Shown here: positions 1-8,231 of the stretch, in pieces
How positions within the stretch are numbered: position 1 is the stretch's first letter
Layout of the letters: the number at the start of each line of letters is the position of its first letter
Origin: Candidatus Nealsonbacteria bacterium
Lineage (GTDB): Bacteria > Patescibacteriota > Minisyncoccia > Minisyncoccales > MHMH01
Direction: 5' to 3'
Assembly (NCBI GenBank): GCA_016181965.1
Contig: JACOYH010000002.1
Location: forward strand, 1-44,576
Length of the DNA: 44,576 bases
Program-made: the position numbers and the translations under genes
Notes under the pieces: model-generated
Seen by the model: the letters and a program-made list of their open reading frames with translations, nothing else
Databases searched by the model: none
What the model was told of the DNA's origin: nothing

Positions 1-1529
1 TCTTTATCTGCGTCTAAAATCGCTACCAAGCCCACCTCGGGCAAGTCGAGCCCTTCCCTCAATAAATTGATGCCCACCAAAACATCGCACTTGCCTTCGC
101 GCAGATCTTTTAATATTTGAGGCCTTTTTAATGTTTTAACTTCAGCGTGCAGCCATTGGGCTTTAATACCTTCGTCTCCGAGAAAGTCAGTCAGCGCTTC
201 GGCCAATCTTTTGGTCAAGGTAACCACCAGAACCCTCTGATTTTCTTTCACCCGCTTTTTGATTTCAATAATCAGGTCTTTAATTTGGTTATGGGTTGGC
301 CTAATCTCAATTGAGGGCTCCAAAAGTCCGGTCGGCCTGATAAGTTGTTCGACTATATTTTTATTTCCCGACTTTTGTTTTTCAAGGTCGGCGGGAGTAG
401 CCGAAACGTAGACAATTTGGCGAACTCTTTCTTGAAATTCTTTGAAAGTCAAGGGCCTGTTATCTACGGCCGAGGGCAGGCGAAAGCCGTATTCAATGAG
501 AATTTCTTTTCTGGCGCGGTCTTGCGTTGACATGGCCTTTATTTGGGGCAAGGTCATATGCGATTCGTCAACGAAAACAAGAAAATCCTTGCCGAAATAT
601 TCCAATAGCGCATTGGGCGCTTGGCCGGACTTTCTGAATTCCAGCTGTCTTGAATAATTTTCTACGCCGTGGCAGGAGCCGGTTTCTTTGAGTATTTCTA
701 TGTCATAATTAGTTCTTCTTTCTAATCGCTGCGCTTCCAAGAGTTTGCCCTGTTTTTGTAATTTAGCCAGTTGCTCTTGAAGTTCCAGTTTTATATTTTC
801 AATGGCGATGTCTATCTTGCTCTGCGGTGTCGCCCAAAACTTTGCCGGAAAAATTCTGCATGAATTATCGAAAGATCCAACGAGAGTATTATTTTTGAGC
901 TCGAGTTTTAATTGTTGACCAGTAACTAAATAAACCTCCACAAGGTCGCCCCGGACGCGAAAAGCGCCGGGCTTAAAATCAATGTCATTGCGTTCGTACT
1001 GTAAAGAGATGAGGCGCGAAATTAAATTCCTTCTCGTGATTTTTTGCCCTTTCTTTAATTCCAAAGAAACCTGTTGATAGCCCTCGGGCGAACCGATATT
1101 GTAAATACAGGAAACCGAAGCTACCACAATAACATCGTTTCTGCTTAAGAGATCTTGGGTGGCCGCGTGTCTTAGCCGGTCTATTTGTTCATTGATTCGG
1201 GCGTCCTTTTCTATGTAGGTATCGGACTGGGGGATGTAGGCCTCGGGCTGATAGTAGTCGTAGTAGGAAACGAAATAGTGAACGGCGTTGTCGGGAAAAT
1301 ATTCCTTGAACTCCTGATAGAGTTGGGCAGCTAATGTCTTGTTGTGAGAAATAATCAGCGTTGGCTTCTGCGCTTTTTCTATCACCTTGGCCATGGTAAA
1401 GGTCTTGCCACTGCCAGTCACGCCCAAGAGCACCTGATGCCCGATGCCTGCTTTCAGGTTTTTAGTCAATTTTTCAATGGCCTTTGGCTGGTCGCCCTTG
1501 GGTTCGTAGCTTGAAACCAATTTAAACAT
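1..1529 (-). CDS. uvrB: Excinuclease ABC subunit B (3' end beyond window start)
   Basis: Manual reverse-strand translation from ATG at 1529: MFKLVSSYEPKGDQPKAIE...LLGVTGSGKTFT (Walker A), HNKTLAAQLYQEFK, FVSYYDYYQPEAY, VDESH. Absent from the ORF track because it runs off the window. Confidence 0.97.
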   Translation of the reverse strand, partial: MFKLVSSYEPKGDQPKAIEKLTKNLKAGIGHQVLLGVTGSGKTFTMAKVIEKAQKPTLIISHNKTLAAQLYQEFKEYFPDNAVHYFVSYYDYYQPEAYIPQSDTYIEKDARINEQIDRLRHAATQDLLSRNDVIVVASVSCIYNIGSPEGYQQVSLELKKGQKITRRNLISRLISLQYERNDIDFKPGAFRVRGDLVEVYLVTGQQLKLELKNNTLVGSFDNSCRIFPAKFWATPQSKIDIAIENIKLELQEQLAKLQKQGKLLEAQRLERRTNYDIEILKETGSCHGVENYSRQLEFRKSGQAPNALLEYFGKDFLVFVDESHMTLPQIKAMSTQDRARKEILIEYGFRLPSAVDNRPLTFKEFQERVRQIVYVSATPADLEKQKSGNKNIVEQLIRPTGLLEPSIEIRPTHNQIKDLIIEIKKRVKENQRVLVVTLTKRLAEALTDFLGDEGIKAQWLHAEVKTLKRPQILKDLREGKCDVLVGINLLREGLDLPEVGLVAILDADK

Positions 1530-1550
1530 ACGGCTTATTATACATATAGT

Positions 1551-1573
1551 TGTTAGACATTCAATGTCTAACA
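1551..1573. repeat. 23-bp palindrome, family A (TGTTAGACAT-TCA-ATGTCTAACA), copy 1
   Basis: Perfect 10-bp arms with a 3-nt centre. Related copies at 34618-34640 and 35595-35617. Confidence 0.9.
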
Positions 1574-1587
1574 CTTTTACAATAAGG

Positions 1588-1629
1588 TTGACAGGGGTTA
1601 GTTTTTATACTACTGCTAACCCAAGGAGG
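1588..1629 (+). promoter_or_regulatory. Putative -35 (TTGACA) and Shine-Dalgarno (AGGAGG) for the 1636 gene
   Basis: TTGACA at 1588-1593; AGGAGG at 1624-1629, 6 nt before GTG 1636. The -10 element is poor at canonical spacing. Confidence 0.5.
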
Positions 1630-1635
1630 AGATGC

Positions 1636-2085
1636 GTGTCTGGTTTAATTCGGTTCGTTTGCGCATTAAAAAAAATTGATGAGTTGGTCTTCGGGAAGCG
1701 GATAAGGATAAAGTTTGTTTTCTACGGAAAGCCCCAATATAACGCCAGGTATTGCGGAGACAGAATAATAGGAGAGTATTATACGGTGCCAATCTTCTAT
1801 CCCTATACGTGCCCGTATTATGGCCCAGAGAGTATAGCTGTTCATGAGGTGCGGCACCGGGTGCAGCTTAACTATCCGGAGATTCGCTTAATGCTACCGG
1901 CAGATAATGTTTTACCCAACTGGCTCAGGGCGTACCTTTGCTCGCTCCAGCCAGAAGAGACAACTCCGCGAGAGATCGACGCTTTAATTTGCGAATGGTT
2001 TGCCCGTCCCGTGCTTGCCAATTTCAATACTAACGGACTCCTTGAGATTCTATTCCGCGGAGTCGATCGCAAAAGCCCTAAATGA
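1636..2085 (+). CDS. Hypothetical protein with HEXXH motif (putative zinc metallopeptidase-like)
   Basis: SD-supported GTG at 1636 in the 1564 frame. AVHEVRH motif with a downstream REIDA that may supply a third Zn ligand. Confidence 0.6.
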   Translation: MSGLIRFVCALKKIDELVFGKRIRIKFVFYGKPQYNARYCGDRIIGEYYTVPIFYPYTCPYYGPESIAVHEVRHRVQLNYPEIRLMLPADNVLPNWLRAYLCSLQPEETTPREIDALICEWFARPVLANFNTNGLLEILFRGVDRKSPK

Positions 2086-2100
2086 TATTTAGGGCTTTTT
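2071..2100 (+). terminator. Rho-independent terminator overlapping the stop of the 1636 gene
   Basis: AAAAGCCCTAAAT-GAT-ATTTAGGGCTTTT followed by a T-rich tail. Confidence 0.8.
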
Positions 2101-2104
2101 CTTT

Positions 2105-2127
2105 ATTGCTTAGCTAAGCTAAGCAAT
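2105..2127. repeat. Perfect palindrome ATTGCTTAGCT-A-AGCTAAGCAAT
   Basis: 11-bp arms and a 1-nt centre, immediately after the terminator. Confidence 0.75.
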
Positions 2128-2175
2128 TTCCTAAATAGCGTTGAAGAAAGAAAAAGGAAAGGGTAAGATAAATTA

Positions 2176-2718
2176 ATGATTTATTATCTTAAAGGAAGGT
2201 TGGGGCTTAAGGATGATAAAGTGGCTGTGGTTGAGGTAGGCGGGGTAGGTTATAAAGTGTTTTGTTCTCCGGTTACTTTGTCTAAGATTTCTGGCGGGCA
2301 GGAAATCAGCGTATTTACCTATTTGCATTTGAGGGAAAATGCGGCCGAACTTTACGGCTTTTTGACGCAGAATGAGCTGGGACTTTTTGAAGTTCTTAAT
2401 GATATTTCCGGGGTGGGTCCCAAGACGGCTATGATGCTCGCTTCTCTTGGGTCTTTGACGAAACTAAAAGAAGTGATAGAAAAAGGAGAACTGCCTCACG
2501 AAATCAAGGGAATCGGCCAGAAAAGAGCCCAGAAAATCTTATTGGAACTCACCGGCAAAATTAAAGAAATCGATGCGACAGATGACGCGCTCGACGCGCT
2601 GATTACCTTGGGATTTCCTCGGCCCAGGGCTAAGAACGCGCTGTCACAAGTGCCCGGCGACGTCGGTAATATGGAAGACAGAATTAAAAAGGCATTAGAA
2701 TATTTAGGGAAAAGGTGA
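2176..2718 (+). CDS. ruvA: Holliday junction branch migration protein RuvA
   Basis: MIYYLKG, EVGGVGYKV, LYGF, ISGVGPKTA HhH motif, ALITLGF C-terminal domain. Confidence 0.95.
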   Translation: MIYYLKGRLGLKDDKVAVVEVGGVGYKVFCSPVTLSKISGGQEISVFTYLHLRENAAELYGFLTQNELGLFEVLNDISGVGPKTAMMLASLGSLTKLKEVIEKGELPHEIKGIGQKRAQKILLELTGKIKEIDATDDALDALITLGFPRPRAKNALSQVPGDVGNMEDRIKKALEYLGKR

Positions 2719-3872
2719 ACCGCTATACCATAAAAAAATTTTTACCATCTTTTCTGATGAGCTGGTATCATTTTTTACTGGCCTTTTTCGGCGCCGTAAT
2801 TTACGGTTTTCCATCGAAAGAGATTAGAGTTATCGGCGTTACCGGCACCAACGGCAAAACCACGGTCGTCACTATGATAACTAATGTCTTGGAAGAAGGC
2901 GGCTACAAGGTTGCCTCTCTTTCTTCTATTAAATTCAAGATAGCCCAGAAAGAATGGCCCAATGCTTTAAAAGGCAGGCAGTGACAGCCGGCTGTCGGTA
3001 CGCGGTTTTAGAAGTAAGCTCGGAAGGAATAAAACAGCACCGCCACGAGTTTATTGATTTTTCCGCGGCTGTTTTCACCAACTTAACGCCGGAGCATATT
3101 GAAGCGCACGGCGGTTTTGAAAAATACCGCGCCGCTAAGGCTAAGTTTTTTGCGGCAACCAAAAACATCCATATTATTAATATAGATGATAAAAACGCGG
3201 AATATTTTCTAAAGTTTCCGGCAAACGCAAAATACGGTTACTCGAACGACCGAGGACAGTCCTCGGATAGCCGAGGACTGTCCTCGGTTATTAAGGGCGA
3301 AAAGCTTAATTTAAAACTCTCCCTGATGGGCGATTTCAATATATATAACGCCTTGGCCGCGATTGCTGTCGGCCTGTCGCAGGATATTCCCCTAGAAATA
3401 TGTCAAAAAGCAGTGGAGAAGATTAAGAACGTGCCCGGCAGAATGGAAATAGTCCTAAAAGAACCATTTAAGGCCGTAGTTGATTATGCCGTTACTCCCG
3501 ATGCTTTGGAGGGCTTATATAAAACGCTCAAAAAAGAATTTTCTCCCAGCGCTTTAATTTGTGTCTTTGGAGCTTGCGGCGGGGGCAGGGACAAATGGAA
3601 AAGGCCCGAGCTCGGCAAAATTGCCGGTAATTATTGCAACAAAATTATTTTAACCAACGAAGATCCTTACGACGAGGAGCCTATTCAAATCATACAAGAC
3701 ATTGAGCGGGGCGTAATAAATACGCAGGCGCAGAATCTTTACACTATTTTAGACAGGCGAGAAAATATCGGGAAAGGGGTCGGAACCGCAAATGGCTTTA
3801 GCTCGCGGCCAAAAAATTCCTTGGGACGACAGAAAAATTATTATAGAAGAATTTCAAAAATTAAAACAATGA
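2715..3872 (+). pseudogene. murE: Mur ligase (MurE-like) broken by two frameshifts (real lesions or assembly errors)
   Basis: GVTGTNGKTT in 2715..2984; LEVSSEG, FTNLTPEH, PGRME, DYAVTPD, GGGRDKWKR in the 2954 frame. The true C-terminus GKGSEPQM...IPWDDRKIIIEEFQKLKQ* is in another frame and ends at TGA 3870-3872. Confidence 0.85.
3250..3287. repeat. Inverted doublet of 17-bp palindromes, family B (CCGAGGAC-W-GTCCTCGG), inside murE
   Basis: CCGAGGACAGTCCTCGG-ATAG-CCGAGGACTGTCCTCGG, read in frame as RGQSSDSRGLSS. Same family as 9059-9109. Confidence 0.9.
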
Positions 3873-4270
3873 AGTCATACGAAGCGCTTCCGCACCGAGC
3901 CGATTTGAAAATTAAAGTTCACGGCCGAAATAAAAAAGAACTTTTCTCAAACGCGCTTTTGGGCATGGCAGAAAGCATGAAAACAGAAAGCGGAGACAAA
4001 GCAATACGAAGAAATATTAAAATAAAGTCCATCGACTTTAACGCCCTGCTAGTGGATTTTTTAAGCGAAGCCCTGTATTTAAGCCAAGTCAACAAAGAAA
4101 TATATTTTCAGGTTAATTTCAGCGAGTTTTCCGATACCGAAATTAAAGCCGAACTTGCCGGCAGGAAAGTAAAATTTTTCGGCGAGGATATTAAGGCCGT
4201 CACGCACCATGGCTTGACGATTAAAGAAAAAAACGGCCATTGGGAAGCAGAAATACTTTTCGATATTTAA
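3869..4270 (+). CDS. Archease
   Basis: MKSYEALPHRADLKIKVHG...LLVDFLSEALY...IKAVTHH...EILFDI. The ATG overlaps the murE stop (ATGA) and the gene lies directly upstream of rtcB. Confidence 0.92.
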   Translation: MKSYEALPHRADLKIKVHGRNKKELFSNALLGMAESMKTESGDKAIRRNIKIKSIDFNALLVDFLSEALYLSQVNKEIYFQVNFSEFSDTEIKAELAGRKVKFFGEDIKAVTHHGLTIKEKNGHWEAEILFDI

Positions 4271-4277
4271 TAAAAGC

Positions 4278-5699
4278 ATGGTTTCCAAAAAGGATTTTAA
4301 AAAAATCAGCGATTATCTTTGGGAAATACCAAAGAGTTTCAGGCCGGATATGAAGGTGCCGGCCCGGGCTTATTTATCTTCGGAAATGCTGGAAGACGCC
4401 CTTGGGGACAGGTCTATTGGACAGTTGATTAATGTGGCCACCCTGCCCGGAATTGTAAAATACAGCATAGCGATGCCCGATATGCATGAGGGCTATGGTT
4501 TTCCTATTGGAGGCGTAGCAGCTATGAGAACAGAAGATGGCGTAGTATCGCCCGGCGGAGTCGGGTATGACATCAACTGCGGCATGAAGCTTTTGAGGTC
4601 GGACTACACCGAAAAAGAGATGCGGCCATACTTAGATAAGCTGGCCAGCCGCATTCAAGAAGAAGTTCCCTCTGGTTTGGGCATGGGCAGACAAAAGAAA
4701 ATGGACTTATCCTATATCGAAAAAATTATGGAAGACGGAGCCCAAGCAGTTGTTGCTGACGGCGAGGGAGAATCCGCGGATTTAGAAAACTGCGAGTCCA
4801 ACGGAAAATTGCCTCGAGCCGATGCTTCGCTTGTTTCAGACCACGCTAAGAATCGAGGAAGAGATCAGGTTGGCACTCTCGGTAGCGGCAACCATTTTTT
4901 GGAAATCCAAAAAGTAGAAGAAATTTTTGACGAAGAAATCGCCAAGGCCTTCGGCTTATTTAAGGACCAGGTTGTTATTATGATTCACACCGGCTCCCGC
5001 GGCTTGGGCCACCAAATAGCCACCGACTACATAAAAATTATGATGCGCGCCATGCCGAAGTACGGCATTAATCTCCCCGATAGAGAATTGGCCGCTTGTC
5101 CGATAAAGTCGCAAGAGGGTCAGAATTATCTTTTAGCCATGTCCTGCGGCGCCAATTACGCCTGGGCGAACCGTCAAAGAATAGCGCACTTTATTAGAAA
5201 ATCATGGCAGCATGTTTTAGGGGAAAAGGCATCTGCCTTAAAAGCGGTTTATGACGTTGCCCATAATATCGCAAAAATAGAAAATCAACTTTTAGTGCAC
5301 CGCAAAGGAGCAACCCGCGCCTTTCCGCCCGGTCACGATGAAATTCCCATGGCCTATCAAAATTCCGGCCAACCGGTTTTAATTCCCGGTTCCATGGGCA
5401 CAGCTTCTTATATCTTGGCTGGCGTTGAAAGCGGAAAAGAGGCCTTTTATTCCGCGAACCATGGCGCCGGAAGAGCGATGTCCCGGCACGAAGCCATGAG
5501 AAGAATTCGGGGCGAAGAAGTGGTTAAACAACTCGAAGCTAAGGGGATTATCGTTAAATGCCGGAGTTATCGGGGCGTCGCCGAAGAGGCCCCTCTGGCA
5601 TACAAAAATATAGACAATGTTGTGGAAGTTGTTCGCCAAGCCGGCCTCGCAAAGAAAGTAGCTAAAGTCGTTCCCATAGCTGTCGTAAAGGGGGAATAG
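4278..5699 (+). CDS. rtcB: RtcB family RNA 3'-phosphate/5'-OH ligase
   Basis: MPDMHEGYGFPIGG, GYDINCG, GTLGSGNHFLE, HTGSRG, HRKGAT, PGSMG, HGAGR motifs. Confidence 0.97.
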   Translation: MVSKKDFKKISDYLWEIPKSFRPDMKVPARAYLSSEMLEDALGDRSIGQLINVATLPGIVKYSIAMPDMHEGYGFPIGGVAAMRTEDGVVSPGGVGYDINCGMKLLRSDYTEKEMRPYLDKLASRIQEEVPSGLGMGRQKKMDLSYIEKIMEDGAQAVVADGEGESADLENCESNGKLPRADASLVSDHAKNRGRDQVGTLGSGNHFLEIQKVEEIFDEEIAKAFGLFKDQVVIMIHTGSRGLGHQIATDYIKIMMRAMPKYGINLPDRELAACPIKSQEGQNYLLAMSCGANYAWANRQRIAHFIRKSWQHVLGEKASALKAVYDVAHNIAKIENQLLVHRKGATRAFPPGHDEIPMAYQNSGQPVLIPGSMGTASYILAGVESGKEAFYSANHGAGRAMSRHEAMRRIRGEEVVKQLEAKGIIVKCRSYRGVAEEAPLAYKNIDNVVEVVRQAGLAKKVAKVVPIAVVKGE

Positions 5700-5737
5700 C
5701 TTGTCAAAAATATAGAAGAGTGATTAAATAAAGCATT

Positions 5738-6676
5738 ATGAATATCCAAGACATCTATAATCTGGCGATAAAAATGGGGATTGACGCCGATTTCCGGGAT
5801 AACGGCAGCGTTGAAAAAATGCTGGCGCGCAAGAAGACACAATACGACAATCTTTCGATTGACAAGAAAACGGAATTTGACGAGGAGGCATTAATTAATC
5901 CTTATCTTGATTCCCGTATTTTGCATATTGCCGAAGATAAGGAAATTAAGAAAATTTTAGTTGGTATTGACATTGATACAGCCGAATTGCTTTTAGCTAA
6001 AGACCTCGGCGTTGACTTGGTTATCGCCCACCATCCGCGAGGCAAGGCGCTGGCCACTTTGCATGAAGTGATGGAAATGCAGTGCGATGTTTTGAGTCAG
6101 CACGGCGTACCCATTAACGTGGCCGAAGGCCTAATGAGGCCGAAAATTTCTGAAGTAGCGAGGGGAGTTAGCGCGGCCAACCACCAAAGAGCAGTTGATT
6201 CGGCAAAACTTTTGGGGATGAATTTTATCAATTGCCATACACCTTGCGACAATTTAGCCGCCAGGTTTTTGAAAGACAAAATAGACGAAGCCAACCCCGA
6301 AAGAATAGAGGATTTACTGAAGGTTTTGAAAAATATTCAGGAATATAGCGAGGCAATCAAAATCGGCTCGGGCCCGAAAATTTTCGTAGGCGCTCTTGAA
6401 AATAGATGCGGCAAAATCGCCATGACCGAAATTACCGGCGGCACAGAGGGGTCGCCCAAAATCTATGCAAAGATGGCGCAAGCTGGCATAGGCACTGTGG
6501 TTTCAATGCACCAGTCAGAAGAGCACCGAAAAGAAGCCGAAGCGGCGCACATTAATGTGGTAATCGCGGGCCACATGTCTTCTGATTCCTTGGGAGTTAA
6601 TTTGTTTTTAGACGAATTGGAAAAGCAGGGCATAGAAATAATTCCCTGTTCCGGCCTCATCCGCATCAAGCGCTAA
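5738..6676 (+). CDS. NIF3 (NGG1p-interacting factor 3)-like metal-binding protein
   Basis: IAHHP, CHTPCDN, AGHMSSDSLG motifs. Confidence 0.85.
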   Translation: MNIQDIYNLAIKMGIDADFRDNGSVEKMLARKKTQYDNLSIDKKTEFDEEALINPYLDSRILHIAEDKEIKKILVGIDIDTAELLLAKDLGVDLVIAHHPRGKALATLHEVMEMQCDVLSQHGVPINVAEGLMRPKISEVARGVSAANHQRAVDSAKLLGMNFINCHTPCDNLAARFLKDKIDEANPERIEDLLKVLKNIQEYSEAIKIGSGPKIFVGALENRCGKIAMTEITGGTEGSPKIYAKMAQAGIGTVVSMHQSEEHRKEAEAAHINVVIAGHMSSDSLGVNLFLDELEKQGIEIIPCSGLIRIKR

Positions 6677-8231
6677 GGAACTTAGTCATGTAGGTCTTCT
6701 CTAGTTTATAACCAAGTTTGCGGTAATAGCCCCTTACCCCCACTCCTGAAATAATCTCAATTTTATTTACTCCCGAGAGTAGGGATATTTTTTCTGCTTC
6801 TTGAAGTAGTTTCTTACCTAAACCCTTATGTTGAGGAGAAGCGGGAGAAGTCCGACCTTCAGCTGGAAGCCGGGCTTTTAACGGCCGGACCTCCAGCGAT
6901 TGGCCAAAAGTGTGCACTTCTCTAATCATGGCAAACGGTCGAGAACCGTTCTCGACACAAACGCGCAGACGGAGAAGAGAGTAGAGTTTACTCTGGTTTT
7001 TATTCTCAAAAGTGAGGAATATTTCTTTGCCGCCAGATGCTTGATAGTCGCGGCGGAATAAGAACAATTTTTCTTTAGCATTATAATCCCCCTTAACCTC
7101 GCGACATCTAATGCACTTGCAATGCCCGGTTATCATTTGTCTAAGGTTAGACAGTTTGGCGGGTCCGGCGATGATGCTTTGGCTCGGAATGTCTCGGGTG
7201 ATTCTTTGGATTCTCACATAGGGAGGCACTGATTTTTTTATTGCTTTCACCAATGCAATTAACTGGTGCTTTGTATAGGGTTTATATTTTTTATTTTTCC
7301 ACCAGCGATAAAGCGGAGCTTCCTTTAAAAGCGCGCAAGGGTATATTTTAAGCATATCCGGCTGAAAATCGCCATTAGAAAAAAGCTCTCTAAACATTTT
7401 TTTATCTCTTAGTGTATTTGCGCCGGGAAGATTCGGCATCATTTGATAGCAAACCTTAAAGCCAGCGTCTTTTAGTAATTTTGTTGCTCGAATCGTCTCA
7501 TTTCGACCGTGGCCTCTTTTAATCAGCTTCAGCGCATCGTCATAAATGCTTTGAACCCCGAGTTCTGCCATGGTCGCCCCAAGCTCTCTGAGTCGTTGGA
7601 TTTCTTTTTCTGTGATGAAGTCGGGCCTGGTTTCAATCGATAGACCGACTATGCGGTGTCGCGCCGTTTCATTGCACTTCTGGGCTTTAGAGATGTCCGA
7701 CCTCCCGCGGGCGTTGCAGGCGTCAAAGCAACGCTTAACAAACCAGGTCTGATAATTTTTTGGATAAAACGACCAGGTTCCCCCAATAATTCTTAGCTCT
7801 ATTTTGTCTGTGGGATGCCCGGTCATTTCGAGCGCCCGCAAGCGCATTTTCACCTGATCATAGGGGTCATATTTATTGAGAATAGCCCGCATAACTGCCG
7901 GTTCGTTATTGAGATAGCTTTTCGGACTGCCTTTTTGCGACGGGCAGTAGATGCACTTGCCCGGGCAGGGGTATGGCTTGGTTAACACCGAAATATTGAC
8001 TATGCCCGAAAGAGATCTGACCGGCCTTGTTATTAAAAGATTTTTTACAAGGGGCGAGGCCTGAAGAGTTTTATTTTCGACTAATTTATGATAAGTTCTT
8101 AATAAGCTTATATTGGTCGGGCAGGGCGCCTTGTATTTCTTGGCCACTCTTCTTTTAACCATACTTAAATCCGCGCCGGACTTGCCCGCGTCGTTAATTA
8201 ATTCCCTAATGATAGTTTCCAAAATATCCAT
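6666..8231 (-). CDS. elp3: Elp3 family tRNA uridine(34) acetyltransferase (radical SAM + GNAT)
   Basis: CPGKCIYCP, GGTWS, ETRPD, ELGVQS, PDMLKIYP, RIQRITRDIP, CKCIRCREV, IREVHTFG, QHKGLG, ISGVGVRGYYRKLGY. Confidence 0.95.
   Translation of the reverse strand: MDILETIIRELINDAGKSGADLSMVKRRVAKKYKAPCPTNISLLRTYHKLVENKTLQASPLVKNLLITRPVRSLSGIVNISVLTKPYPCPGKCIYCPSQKGSPKSYLNNEPAVMRAILNKYDPYDQVKMRLRALEMTGHPTDKIELRIIGGTWSFYPKNYQTWFVKRCFDACNARGRSDISKAQKCNETARHRIVGLSIETRPDFITEKEIQRLRELGATMAELGVQSIYDDALKLIKRGHGRNETIRATKLLKDAGFKVCYQMMPNLPGANTLRDKKMFRELFSNGDFQPDMLKIYPCALLKEAPLYRWWKNKKYKPYTKHQLIALVKAIKKSVPPYVRIQRITRDIPSQSIIAGPAKLSNLRQMITGHCKCIRCREVKGDYNAKEKLFLFRRDYQASGGKEIFLTFENKNQSKLYSLLRLRVCVENGSRPFAMIREVHTFGQSLEVRPLKARLPAEGRTSPASPQHKGLGKKLLQEAEKISLLSGVNKIEIISGVGVRGYYRKLGYKLEKTYMTKFLSA
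6847..6893. repeat. Three degenerate family-C palindromes (GAnGTCCGACnTC-like) in frame inside elp3
   Basis: GAAGTCCGACCTTC, GAAGCCGGGCTTT and ACGGCCGGACCTC, in the loop before QHKGLG. Confidence 0.55.
6938..6956. repeat. Perfect palindrome GTCGAGAAC-C-GTTCTCGAC inside elp3
   Basis: 9-bp arms and a 1-nt centre; encodes VENGSR on the minus strand. Confidence 0.7.
7692..7704. repeat. Family-C palindrome GATGTCCGACCTC inside elp3
   Basis: Identical 13-mer at 13280-13292. Confidence 0.65.

Noticed and set aside
1551-1573. Family-A palindrome as an integron attC site (it contains GTTRRRY and RYYYAAC)
   Set aside because: The boxes are in the reverse order to attC, the element is far too short, there are no extrahelical bases, and no intI is present.
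2954-4270. 438-aa MurE-archease fusion protein in the ORF track
   Set aside because: It results from a frameshift near 3762. The genuine MurE C-terminus is in another frame, and archease has its own ATG at 3869.
8113-8229. Long N-terminal extensions given by the ORF track (also 1564, 13945, 14577, 20148, 25283, 36318)
   Set aside because: They overlap neighbouring genes or promoters. Downstream starts fit the family N-termini and the -10/SD placement better.
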